DNA of 58,741 bases from an uncultured Methanosarcinales archaeon (GTDB lineage: Archaea > Nanobdellota > Nanobdellia > Woesearchaeales > DSVV01), in contig CAZQHZ010000008.1 in NCBI GenBank assembly GCA_964593285.1, forward strand, positions 1 through 58,741. The letters run 5' to 3'. Positions within the stretch are counted from its first letter, which is position 1. Every line of letters begins with the position of its first letter. Positions 31,107-40,367 of the stretch are shown here, one piece after another. The notes beneath the pieces were generated by a model. The model was not told the origin of the DNA. It did not search any database and was given only the letters and a program-made list of their open reading frames with translations. The position numbers and the translations under genes were made by a program.

Positions 31107-31225
31107 TTATTTTATCTTTTCTTTATTCTACATAAAATAAAATTTTACAAAATATCTTTATAAAACAAAAAAATTGTTTAATTAAACATAATCTTTATAA
31201 ACAAAATATTTTTACAGATTAAAAA

Positions 31226-33013
31226 ATGGTATTTACATTAAAAAGAACAAAAAATTGCAATGAATTAAGGCAAAAAGATATTGATAATGAAGTTATTTTA
31301 AATGGATGGGTTCATTCTAGAAGAGATCATGGTGGAATAATATTTATTGATTTACGAGATAGATTTGGTTTAACTCAAATAGTATTTGATCCAAAATTTG
31401 ATGAAAAAAGTCATATTGAAGCTGAAAATTTACGAAGAGAAGATGTTATTGCAGTTAAAGGCAAAGTTTTTAATAGAACAAAAGGCATGGAAAATGAAAA
31501 ATTAGATACTGGTAAAATTGAAGTTTATATTAATTCTTTAGAAATTGTAAGCAAAGCACAAACACCACCAATTGAAATAGATGATAGAATTATTGCAGGA
31601 GATGAATTAAGATTAAAATATAGATACTTGGATTTACGAAGACCAGTTATGCAAAATAATTTATTATTTAGACATAATGCATTAAAGATTACAAGGGATT
31701 TTTTTAATAATAATAATTTTTTAGAAATTGATACACCTCTTTTAATTAAATCAACACCTGAAGGTGCACGTGATTATATTGTTCCAAGTAGAGTTAATGC
31801 AGGTAAATTTTATGCACTCCCACAATCTCCTCAATTATATAAACAAATTTTAATGATTTCTGGTGTTGATAAATATTACCAAATTGCAAAATGTCTTCGA
31901 GATGAAGATTTAAGAGCAGATAGACAGCCAGAGCATTCACAAGTTGACTTTGAAATGAGTTTTGTTGATAGCCAAGATATTATGAATTATGTTGAAGAAT
32001 ATTTATGCCATTTATTTAAAAAATTAAAAAATATTGAATTAAAAAGACCTTTTAAAAAATTAACATATGAAGAATCAATGGATAAATATGGAACAGATAA
32101 GCCAGATTTAAGATATGGCTTAGAAATGTTTGATGTTACAGAAATTGTAAAAAATTCTACTTTTCAAGTTTTTAATAATGTTATAAAAAATAATGGTATA
32201 ATTAAATGTATAAATCCAGAATATGAATTTAAAAGAAAAGAAATTGATTCATTAATTGATTTTTGTATAAAAAATGGTTCAAAAGGTATGGCGTGGATGC
32301 GCTTTACTGATAAAGGCTTAGAATCAAATATTGAAAAATTTTTTAGTAATGAAATTAAACAAGAATTACTAAAAAAAATAAATCCAAAACCAAATTCAAT
32401 ATTAATGTTTATTGCTGATGAAAAAAATAAAGCAAATAAAATTATTAGTGATTTAAGATGTGAATTAGCAAAAAGAATGAATTTAATTGATGATAATAAA
32501 TTTGAGTTTTGCTTTATTACAGATTTCCCATTATTTACATGGAATAATGATGATGAAAAATGGGAGCCAGAACACAATATGTTTTCAATGCCAAAAAAAG
32601 AGCATTTAAAATATCTTGACACAAATCCAAAATTAGTTAAAGGAGATCTATTTGATATTGCACTAAATGGTATTGAAATAGCATCGGGTGCAATTCGTGT
32701 TCATGACCCAAAAATTCAAAAAAAAATTATGAATATTATTGGAATAAATGAAAATGAAGCACGAGATAAATTTGGATTTTTATTAGAGGCATATAAATAT
32801 GGTGCACCTGTTCATGGTGGCATGGGTATTGGTTTTGATAGATTAATTGCATTAATGCTAAAAACTAATGATATTAGAGAAGTAATAGCATTTCCAAAAA
32901 ATAAAAATGCACAATGTCCAATGGATAACTCCCCTGGTAGTGTTAGTGAAGCACAATTAAAAGAACTACATATAAAAAAACAATTTATTAAAAAAGAAAT
33001 AAATAAAAATTAA
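31226..33013 (+). CDS. aspS: aspartyl-tRNA synthetase, bacterial type, probably non-discriminating
   Basis: RRDHGG, STPEGARDY, ALPQSPQLYKQ, RDEDLRADRQPE, GAD insertion, HGGMGIGFDR, VIAFPK. Confidence 0.96.
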   Translation: MVFTLKRTKNCNELRQKDIDNEVILNGWVHSRRDHGGIIFIDLRDRFGLTQIVFDPKFDEKSHIEAENLRREDVIAVKGKVFNRTKGMENEKLDTGKIEVYINSLEIVSKAQTPPIEIDDRIIAGDELRLKYRYLDLRRPVMQNNLLFRHNALKITRDFFNNNNFLEIDTPLLIKSTPEGARDYIVPSRVNAGKFYALPQSPQLYKQILMISGVDKYYQIAKCLRDEDLRADRQPEHSQVDFEMSFVDSQDIMNYVEEYLCHLFKKLKNIELKRPFKKLTYEESMDKYGTDKPDLRYGLEMFDVTEIVKNSTFQVFNNVIKNNGIIKCINPEYEFKRKEIDSLIDFCIKNGSKGMAWMRFTDKGLESNIEKFFSNEIKQELLKKINPKPNSILMFIADEKNKANKIISDLRCELAKRMNLIDDNKFEFCFITDFPLFTWNNDDEKWEPEHNMFSMPKKEHLKYLDTNPKLVKGDLFDIALNGIEIASGAIRVHDPKIQKKIMNIIGINENEARDKFGFLLEAYKYGAPVHGGMGIGFDRLIALMLKTNDIREVIAFPKNKNAQCPMDNSPGSVSEAQLKELHIKKQFIKKEINKN

Positions 33014-33072
33014 ATTTTTTTTAAGCTATAATTAGAAAAATTTATATGTTCTTCATTTTTTTAATTTTTTAA

Positions 33073-34623
33073 ATGTCATTAGAAGATTTATTAAAAAGAA
33101 AAAATATTTCTAAAAAAGATAAAAAAGAAATAAACGATTTAATTAATTTAAAAAATAAATATGAAAATTTAATTAATTTAATTCCAGAAACAATATATGA
33201 ATCTGATTTAAAAGGAAATTTAACTTTTGTTAACGACAAAGCTTATTCTATGTTTGGTTATTCTAAAAAAGACACAATAAATAATTTAAATATTTTAGAT
33301 ATGGTTTTAGATGAAGATAAAGAAAAGGTTAAACAAAATATTTCTAAAATTATCTTTAAGCATACTACTTCACTAAACGAATATCAATTAATTAAAAAGG
33401 ATAAAAATGTTTTTCCTGCACTAATTCATTCAATTTTAATTAAAGAAAATGAAAAACCAAAAGGTTTAATGGGTTTAATTATTGATATTAGTAATATAAA
33501 TAATTTAAAAGACGAATTAATAAATGAATTTAATTACAAAAATGCCATTATCAATACAATTCCAATATATATGGTTACTATTGATTCAAATAAAAATGTA
33601 ATAACAATGAATGATATTTTATTAGATAAACTTGGTTTTTCACTAGATGAAGTTATTGGTAAAGATTATATTGAAAATTTTATATTAGAATCAGATAAAA
33701 AAATAGTAGATAATATGTTTAATGAAATAATAATAAACAAAAAAGCAACAAATAATCAAAACTATATTTTAACAAAAAATAAAGATAAAATTTTTGTAGA
33801 TTGGTATGCAAAACCTGTTTTTAATTCAAAAAATAATTTAGATTTTTTTTTAGGGCTAGGCATAGATATTACTGAAAAAAATTTTTTGTATGAAAAAATT
33901 TCTGAAATTGATAAATTAGATTCAATTGGACATTTAGCTTCTGGAATTGCACATGATTTTAATAATATTTTAACTGGAATTAGTGGTTATAATGAATTAT
34001 TATTATCTAAAGAAAAAGATGAAAAAAAAATAAATTATCATAAAAAAATTTCTAAAATTTGTGATAAAGGTTCTAGTTTAACAAAAAAACTATTAACCTT
34101 TGGTAAAGGCAATAATTTAAAATTTGAAGAATTAAATTTAAATGAAATTGTTGAAGATGTTTATACTATCATAAAACCTTCAATTAAAGAAAATATAATT
34201 TTAAAAAAAGATTTATCTGAAAATATTTATAATATCAATGGTGATTATTCAAAATTAACACAGTTAGTTTTAAATTTATGTGTTAATGCAAATGAAGCGA
34301 TTAAAAATGAAGGCATTTTAAGTTTAAAAACTGATAATGTTTCACTAAATGAATATGATTTATTAAAATTACCTTTTGGTAAAACTGGAGATTATGTTTT
34401 ATTAAACGTTGAAGATACAGGAATTGGCATTTCAAAAGATTTACAAAAAAAAATTTTCAATCCTTTCTTTACAACAAAACAAAATTATGAAAAAAAAGGA
34501 ACAGGTCTTGGTCTTAGTGTTGTTTATGGTATTGTAAAATCACATAATGCAATTATCGATGTTAAGTCAGAAATTAATAAAGGAACTTCTTTTGATATAT
34601 ATTTTCCAAAAATAAATTATTAA
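33073..34623 (+). CDS. PAS-PAS sensor histidine kinase (no receiver domain)
   Basis: two PAS/PAC domains; H-box GIAHDFNNIL; NLCVNA, DTGIGI, FNPFFTTK, GTGLGL. Confidence 0.93.
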   Translation: MSLEDLLKRKNISKKDKKEINDLINLKNKYENLINLIPETIYESDLKGNLTFVNDKAYSMFGYSKKDTINNLNILDMVLDEDKEKVKQNISKIIFKHTTSLNEYQLIKKDKNVFPALIHSILIKENEKPKGLMGLIIDISNINNLKDELINEFNYKNAIINTIPIYMVTIDSNKNVITMNDILLDKLGFSLDEVIGKDYIENFILESDKKIVDNMFNEIIINKKATNNQNYILTKNKDKIFVDWYAKPVFNSKNNLDFFLGLGIDITEKNFLYEKISEIDKLDSIGHLASGIAHDFNNILTGISGYNELLLSKEKDEKKINYHKKISKICDKGSSLTKKLLTFGKGNNLKFEELNLNEIVEDVYTIIKPSIKENIILKKDLSENIYNINGDYSKLTQLVLNLCVNANEAIKNEGILSLKTDNVSLNEYDLLKLPFGKTGDYVLLNVEDTGIGISKDLQKKIFNPFFTTKQNYEKKGTGLGLSVVYGIVKSHNAIIDVKSEINKGTSFDIYFPKINY

Positions 34624-34795
34624 ATTTAAAAGTTGCAATAATTCAAAACAAAACATCTTAGTTCATTTACAATCAAAAAAATGTATTAAAATCCTAGCAG
34701 AAATCTTAGATATTATACCACTTTCAAAAAATACTGTGGCCTTACTTCAAACTATAATTATTATAACTTTAAAGCCATAAGATATTAAACCCTGT

Positions 34796-34812
34796 TTATA
34801 ATAACTTAAAAA
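34796..34812 (+). repeat. 17-bp direct repeat, left copy (right copy 40357-40373)
   Basis: TTATAATAACTTAAAAA at both flanks of the island, with weaker similarity extending on either side. Confidence 0.5.
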
Positions 34813-34880
34813 TTTTATTCTAAACCATATTAATATCACACTTTTTACTATATCTATAAAAGTTTTTGTAGTATTTTACG

Positions 34881-34908
34881 ATTTCAATTAATTTTTGTTA
34901 TACGCAAT
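34881..34908 (-). other. dif-like (Xer-type) recombination site 1
   Basis: minus strand ATTGCGTATAA-CAAAAA-TTAATTGAAAT; 11-6-11 layout resembling bacterial dif GGTGCGCATAA-TGTATA-TTATGTTAAAT. Confidence 0.6.
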
Positions 34909-35091
34909 TAAATTTTCACTAGTCTAAATCTCATTCTTCTTTTAGAAAAAGAAGCAAAAGAGGGGGAGTCCAGGTGCTACGCACATATTGCCTTTTACTT
35001 CGTAAAAGAAATTTATTAAGAGGGGGCTTTTAGTCCTTCGGACAGATAGTCTTTTTCTAAGAAAAAGAAATTTATTTTCACTAGACATTTA
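34908..35091. repeat. left structured end: inverted-repeat arms and modular hairpins
   Basis: TTAAATTTTCAC 34908-34919, GAGGGGGAGTCCAG 34960-34973 and AGAGGGGGCTTTTA 35019-35032 all pair with the right end. Confidence 0.85.
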
Positions 35092-35172
35092 TCAACACAG
35101 ATTATTTAAATAGGGTATTTTTCCAAAAAGTAAAAGCAAAACTTTAAATAGGGATTAGTCTACTTTGTATAT

Positions 35173-35316
35173 ATGCCTGTAACAAAGGATAGTACAACTA
35201 TTAGAATTCACAATAAAACAAAATCTAAGCTAGAGAAATTAGATTTTGTGAAAAAATAAACTTATGATGAGATCTTAAATTACCTAATAGAATACTATGA
35301 AAAAAGAGGGAAATAA
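35173..35316 (+). pseudogene. RHH-type small regulator/antitoxin-like gene with in-frame stop
   Basis: MPVTKDSTTIRIHNKTKSKLEKLDFVKK*TYDEILNYLIEYYEKRGK; TAA at 35257-35259; terminal TAA abuts the MTase ATG. Confidence 0.7.
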
Positions 35317-36549
35317 ATGAAACAAATTTTACAAACGCAGTTATTAGGCACATTTCAATTAAATGGTTCTCTAGATATTCATTCTTGGTATAATTATCTT
35401 GCTGGATACTCCGCAGAATTTGTTAAAAAAATCTTAGAGGAAGAAAATATTACTCCTGACAATATTGTTCTAGATCCTTTTTGTGGGGTTGCTACTACAA
35501 ATATCGTTTGCAAAAAAGCCAATATTCAAAGTGTAGGTATTGAAATAAATCCTTTTACTTCATTCGTAGCAAAAACAAAATTATTTTGGGATTTCACAGA
35601 AAAAGAATTAAGTAGTAATTATTCTAATTTTTTTAAACAAATTAATAAAATAAAGAAAACTAAAAAATTTAAATCGAATAATGATTTACTTAATAGAGCA
35701 TTTAGTCCAAAAATTTTAAATGAATTATTAAAAATAAAAGAGACCATTAATAATTTTAAATTAGTTGGTAAAAAAAAAAAATTAAGAAATTTATATTTGC
35801 TATGTCTTATTTCTATATTAAGAGAAGTTAGCAATTACGAAAGTTTTAGTCCTTATTTGAAAAGAAGAGAAACCATGCTAAAAAACGCACCAGTGATTGA
35901 GATATACCAAAATAAATTAAAAAAAATGATGGTTGATTTATATAAGGTTAAAGACAATAAAATAAATCCTGAAATATACAATACTAGTGCAAAATCCTTA
36001 GACTTTTTAAATCAGATTTTTGATGTAGTAATTACTTCTCCACCATATTTGAATAATTGGGATTATAGTTGGATTACAAAAATTGAATTATTTTTTCTTG
36101 ATTATGCTCAAACTAATGAAGATTTAAATAATGGTTTTAGAAAAAATTTAATTAAAAGTTCAACATACCTTTTAAATAATTCAGAACCAGAATTATTGTT
36201 ACCTGAATCTAAAATAAAAAAAGAAATTCTTTCAGTTGTTAAGAAATTAAAGAAAAAAAGATTAATGAAGAAGAATGGAAAAAAATATGATATTATGCTA
36301 ATTGAATATTTTAATGACATGTTTTTAATTTTGAGAGAGATTTATAAGAAAATGAATTATGGAAGCAAAAACATTTGGGTTGTTGGAGATTCAGGATTAT
36401 ATGATGAACATATTAAAACTGATGTTTGGATAGGAAATGTTTCAGAACTAGTGGGCTTTAAATTTTCTAAATGTGATGTTCTGAGGGAAAGAAAAGCATC
36501 AAGACATAAAATTAAATTAAGGGAAAGTGTAATTTATATGGAGAAATAA
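35317..36549 (+). CDS. DNA amino-methyltransferase 1 (probably N4-cytosine)
   Basis: IHSWYNYLAGYS, VLDPFCGVATT, VITSPPY, VVGDS. Confidence 0.9.
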   Translation: MKQILQTQLLGTFQLNGSLDIHSWYNYLAGYSAEFVKKILEEENITPDNIVLDPFCGVATTNIVCKKANIQSVGIEINPFTSFVAKTKLFWDFTEKELSSNYSNFFKQINKIKKTKKFKSNNDLLNRAFSPKILNELLKIKETINNFKLVGKKKKLRNLYLLCLISILREVSNYESFSPYLKRRETMLKNAPVIEIYQNKLKKMMVDLYKVKDNKINPEIYNTSAKSLDFLNQIFDVVITSPPYLNNWDYSWITKIELFFLDYAQTNEDLNNGFRKNLIKSSTYLLNNSEPELLLPESKIKKEILSVVKKLKKKRLMKKNGKKYDIMLIEYFNDMFLILREIYKKMNYGSKNIWVVGDSGLYDEHIKTDVWIGNVSELVGFKFSKCDVLRERKASRHKIKLRESVIYMEK

Positions 36550-36551
36550 AA

Positions 36552-38597
36552 ATGGTATTTCAGATTAATAAACAAAGAATGTATCATATGCCCCATAATA
36601 CAGCTTTATTAAACGAGTTTAAATTTTTATTAGAAGTTATAGACGAGGAAAAATCACAATATACTTTCAAAGAACTTGTAAAACTCCTACTTTTAGAGCA
36701 AATTAAACAAGATAGATTTAAGGAATTTCATGGGAATATGCCTTATAGAATTTTTACTCAAGAAATTCCTCCTGATAAAGATGACTTAATCAAGAAATTT
36801 AAGAAAATTCGTTCTAATCGAACAAAACCCAACGGAATGCCAGATTGGTTATTTAACCTAATTACTAAAAAAAGTGTTGAAGAAGCAACTAAGAAATTAA
36901 TTGAAAAAAGAAAAGAATCGTATAATAAGTTTGTTCAAGATCCTGAAAACAGAATTGATGATTTTTTGAATTGTCAGTATAAACCAACAAAAACATGGAA
37001 ACAAAATTGGGTTGAATTTGTTAGGGATTATGTTGATTTTGCCGCATATTGTGGTTTGATCCCTTGCTATTACAAATTACCTGGAGAAAGGAGTAGTGAA
37101 GAAGATGGTTATGTTGTATCAGAAAAATTGAAGGAATATAAAAGAGGGAATTTTGATTTAAAAGACATTATTTTTCATTTCAAGTATTCAAACTCTTCTA
37201 TTAATACAAGGAGATATACACAATTTAACATACGGGTAAGACCATTTTATTTAGTATTAAGATTATTAGATGGATTAGAAAAAAAGGGAGTTGCTAAAGT
37301 AGAAAGAAGACTTTTATTTGGAGCTATCAGTTGCTTTAAATCTGAAGATGAAATCGAAGATGCAATAAAATTTATTAGTAACTTTATTGATAAAAATGAT
37401 AATCTTCTTTCTGAGAAAAATTTCTCTTCTCAAATTTCTAAGGAAGCAAGCAGAGTAGCAACAGGAATGCTTCCTTTTTTAGAAGGTCTCAATCTAATTG
37501 AATGCATTAAAGATAGAGGTATTAGTTTTTTCAAAATTACAGACGAAGGAAAAAAGTTATTATCATCCTATCCTTCCAATAGTTTATTTTTTGGTCAATA
37601 TGTTAAAGGTATATTCTATTCTCCTTTATTGGCAAGATTGCTTAATATATTTGCTGATTGCGTAAAAAATGAGGAATCTAAAATAGAGATTAAGATTCTT
37701 AAAGAGAAACTTAAAATAAGTCAAACTGAAATTTTTGATCAAGTGTTATCTGATTTACTATCTTTAAAACCATGTCCGATTATAGAAATAAAGAAAGGGA
37801 TTGTTTACCTTAATGACTTGTCTTATCAATATTCAGTAACTCCATTTGTAGATTTTGCCTCATTAAAAGAAGCAGAATATGTTATTAAGGGGGGAATTCC
37901 CTTTAAGGCAACAAAATTAAAGAAAATAGAGTTACCAGATAGCGAATTATTAAAAGAGATTGAATCAAGAGCACTATCTGATGATGGATCAAAATACGAA
38001 GAAATTTTAGAAACAGCATTGAAAAAATTACCTGGATTAATAAAGAGATTTGGGCAATCATCTAGTTTTACTCGTTTAAGTGATGTGGTTTGGCTTGTGG
38101 ATGTTCCAATAGATGGGAAATTTAAGAAAGTACTTACAATAATTGAAGCAAAAGCAGGTAAAGCAATTAAATCATTCAAAGAGACAAAGGAGATAGAAGA
38201 TATAAAAAATACAATATTAGAATTTAAAGAACATTTTACAGATCTTTATGGCGTTTGGATTCTTATAGTTGATAGCGATCAAATGCCCTCAATTAATAAA
38301 CATGGAGGATATAGGGGAGCAGGAAAATATCAATTATCTTTTAGAGATAAGTTATTAAGAATACATCATAATATTTTAACCTCATTTGGTAAACCCGTAT
38401 TAGTTACTGGTTTTGATGTTTATTCTTTTATTGAATATTACAAATATCTTTATTCTAATTTGTATAGTTCTTCTGATACTACAATCCATGAACACGTGGA
38501 ACAGTTCTTTATGAGAGGAAATTTATTTTTTGATGATTATAGATATATAAAAGTAATAAATGATGCAAATGAAATAAAATCACAATTATTTATTTAA
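36552..38597 (+). CDS. putative restriction endonuclease (C-terminal PD-(D/E)xK)
   Basis: lies between two MTases; KYE...SDVVW..IIEAKAG nuclease-like motif; RPF and ITDEGKK wHTH-like features. Confidence 0.65.
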   Translation: MVFQINKQRMYHMPHNTALLNEFKFLLEVIDEEKSQYTFKELVKLLLLEQIKQDRFKEFHGNMPYRIFTQEIPPDKDDLIKKFKKIRSNRTKPNGMPDWLFNLITKKSVEEATKKLIEKRKESYNKFVQDPENRIDDFLNCQYKPTKTWKQNWVEFVRDYVDFAAYCGLIPCYYKLPGERSSEEDGYVVSEKLKEYKRGNFDLKDIIFHFKYSNSSINTRRYTQFNIRVRPFYLVLRLLDGLEKKGVAKVERRLLFGAISCFKSEDEIEDAIKFISNFIDKNDNLLSEKNFSSQISKEASRVATGMLPFLEGLNLIECIKDRGISFFKITDEGKKLLSSYPSNSLFFGQYVKGIFYSPLLARLLNIFADCVKNEESKIEIKILKEKLKISQTEIFDQVLSDLLSLKPCPIIEIKKGIVYLNDLSYQYSVTPFVDFASLKEAEYVIKGGIPFKATKLKKIELPDSELLKEIESRALSDDGSKYEEILETALKKLPGLIKRFGQSSSFTRLSDVVWLVDVPIDGKFKKVLTIIEAKAGKAIKSFKETKEIEDIKNTILEFKEHFTDLYGVWILIVDSDQMPSINKHGGYRGAGKYQLSFRDKLLRIHHNILTSFGKPVLVTGFDVYSFIEYYKYLYSNLYSSSDTTIHEHVEQFFMRGNLFFDDYRYIKVINDANEIKSQLFI

Positions 38598-38598
38598 A

Positions 38599-39408
38599 AT
38601 GGTAAACAACAAATTAAACGATATGACTGGAAAAGAGTGGATTAAATTTACTAAAACGTGGTTTGTTCATGATCCTCCTTCAAGAAAGAAAGATGAGATG
38701 TTACATCCTGCCAAATATCCTGAAACAATGATAGTAGATTTCATAAAATTTTTTACAAAAAAATCTGAAGTAGTTTTTGATCCCTTTCTTGGAACTGGTT
38801 CAACATTGGTAGCATGTAATATGACTGGTAGAAATGGAATAGGAATCGAAATAATGGAAAAATATGCTAAAATAGCAAAAGATAGATTAAAACAAAAATC
38901 TTTAATTGATCAAAAACATATAGTAATCGAAGGCAATTCAATGAATACAGAATCAATTTGGAAAGAAAAAAAACTTTCTGAAGTAGATTTTATTATTACA
39001 TCTCCACCTTATTGGAATATGCTTAAAAAAAGTAGGGGTAATGTTAAGACTACCCAAAAGATTAGAGCAGAAAATGGTTTAGATACCCATTATTCTGATA
39101 ATCCTGATGATTTAGGTAATATTGATTCTTATGAAGATTTCATTGAAAAGTTAGGAAGAATATTTGATAAGATATATAAGATACTGAAGAAAGGGAAATA
39201 TCTTGTTGTTATAATCCAAAATCTAAGGATAAATGGTGAGGTAAAACCTCTTGCATGGGATGTTCAAAAAAGAATATCCAAGAAATTCACATTTAAAGGT
39301 GAAAAGATTTGGTGTCAAGATAAAAAACAATTAGGTATTTGGGGTTATCCATCTGTATTTATACCTAATTATCACCACCATTATTGTTTAATTTTTAGAA
39401 AGGATTAG
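38599..39408 (+). CDS. DNA amino-methyltransferase 2 (probably N4-cytosine)
   Basis: HPAKYPE, VFDPFLGTGST, IITSPPYW, HHYCLIFRK. Confidence 0.92.
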   Translation: MVNNKLNDMTGKEWIKFTKTWFVHDPPSRKKDEMLHPAKYPETMIVDFIKFFTKKSEVVFDPFLGTGSTLVACNMTGRNGIGIEIMEKYAKIAKDRLKQKSLIDQKHIVIEGNSMNTESIWKEKKLSEVDFIITSPPYWNMLKKSRGNVKTTQKIRAENGLDTHYSDNPDDLGNIDSYEDFIEKLGRIFDKIYKILKKGKYLVVIIQNLRINGEVKPLAWDVQKRISKKFTFKGEKIWCQDKKQLGIWGYPSVFIPNYHHHYCLIFRKD

Positions 39409-39420
39409 GTTTTCTCACCC

Positions 39421-39626
39421 TAAATGTTCTTTTAGAAAAAGAACCAAAAGTAAAAGCCCCCTCTATTTTCTTTTTTTAGAAAAAAGAAACAAAAAATCTG
39501 GATTCCCCCTCAGTCCAACGGACATATAGTCTCCTACGGAGAAATTTATTAACGTGAAAATTTAACTCTTCGCCATTTTTTTGCTTCGCAAAAAACCGTC
39601 TTGCAGACTATGGCTCGGTCTTAGCA
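39421..39626. repeat. right structured end: inverted-repeat arms and modular hairpins
   Basis: TAAAAGCCCCCTCT 39451-39464, CTGGATTCCCCCTC 39498-39511, GTGAAAATTTAA 39554-39565; hairpins GTCC-AAC-GGAC, CTCC-TAC-GGAG, TTTTTTGC-TTC-GCAAAAAA. Confidence 0.85.
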
Positions 39627-39655
39627 GACGCGTATAACAGCGAGCGATGTTATAT
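39627..39655 (+). other. dif-like (Xer-type) recombination site 2
   Basis: GACGCGTATAA-CAGCGA-G-CGATGTTATAT; shares GCGTATAACA with site 1 in inverted orientation; one extra base. Confidence 0.55.
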
Positions 39656-39729
39656 CAATTTTTTGATTTGAAAACAAAAAGAAAAAGTACCAAAAAATTT
39701 AAATATATATTACCAAATTGTTTATATAA

Positions 39730-40146
39730 ATGGAAAAGAATAATAAATTTTTTAAGATTTATTTTATATTAGTACTAGTTTATGCAATTATCGGATTGTT
39801 AGATTCTTTTGTATTCTCCGGAATGAAAGAAACATTTGGACAAATTTCTACCATTTGGATGATTATTGGATCATTATTTGGACTTATCAAATTTATTTTA
39901 AGTATAATTGCATTAATAATTTTTATTAAAAAAAAGTTTTCAAAAATTACTTTAGTGATTCCTATTTATCATCTTGTAGCAACAGTGTTATTATTCATTT
40001 ACGGGTTTGCTTGGGGCATTTTATCTGCCGTGCAGGGGAATTCAATTAATGAACAATTAATACCTCCTGGAATGATTGCTATTGGAATAATATCTTCATT
40101 ATTTGAATTAATATTTTCAATTTATATTTTATCAAAATTTAAATAA
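39730..40146 (+). CDS. hypothetical four-TM membrane protein
   Basis: 138 aa with four hydrophobic helices. Confidence 0.75.
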   Translation: MEKNNKFFKIYFILVLVYAIIGLLDSFVFSGMKETFGQISTIWMIIGSLFGLIKFILSIIALIIFIKKKFSKITLVIPIYHLVATVLLFIYGFAWGILSAVQGNSINEQLIPPGMIAIGIISSLFELIFSIYILSKFK

Positions 40147-40339
40147 AGACCGTTTTTCGTAAATTTATTTTATGGATGCAAATTTTCAGAACTTTACTTC
40201 GCTTTTAGCTATAAACTAACTTAACAACAAGCAATTTTATTGATTGTGATTTTATTTTGGATTTGTTTTATACACATATTATTTTTAAGATGTATTTCAT
40301 ATTAATTCCTCAATATATAGCTATTAAGAATTTTTATAA

Positions 40340-40367
40340 CTCTGACATAATATAACTTATAATAACT
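40340..40367 (-). other. degenerate dif-like site 3
   Basis: + strand CTCTGACATAA-TATAAC-TTATAATAACT; 11-6-11 layout with ATAA/TTAT inner dyad. Confidence 0.35.

Larger units (their letters stand above)
34881..39655. mobile_element. putative recombinase-mobilised cassette carrying the RM operon
   Basis: inverted dif-like sites, nested inverted repeats at both ends, defence cargo with visibly more G/C-ending codons than flanking genes. Confidence 0.55.

Noticed and set aside
35257..35259. Stop-codon recoding in the RHH gene
   Set aside because: TAA is the dominant true stop throughout the window
39631..39655. Integron attC site (GTATAAC...GTTATAT)
   Set aside because: Only 10 nt between the putative R boxes, too short for attC; the dif-like reading fits better, though a deleted attC is not excluded
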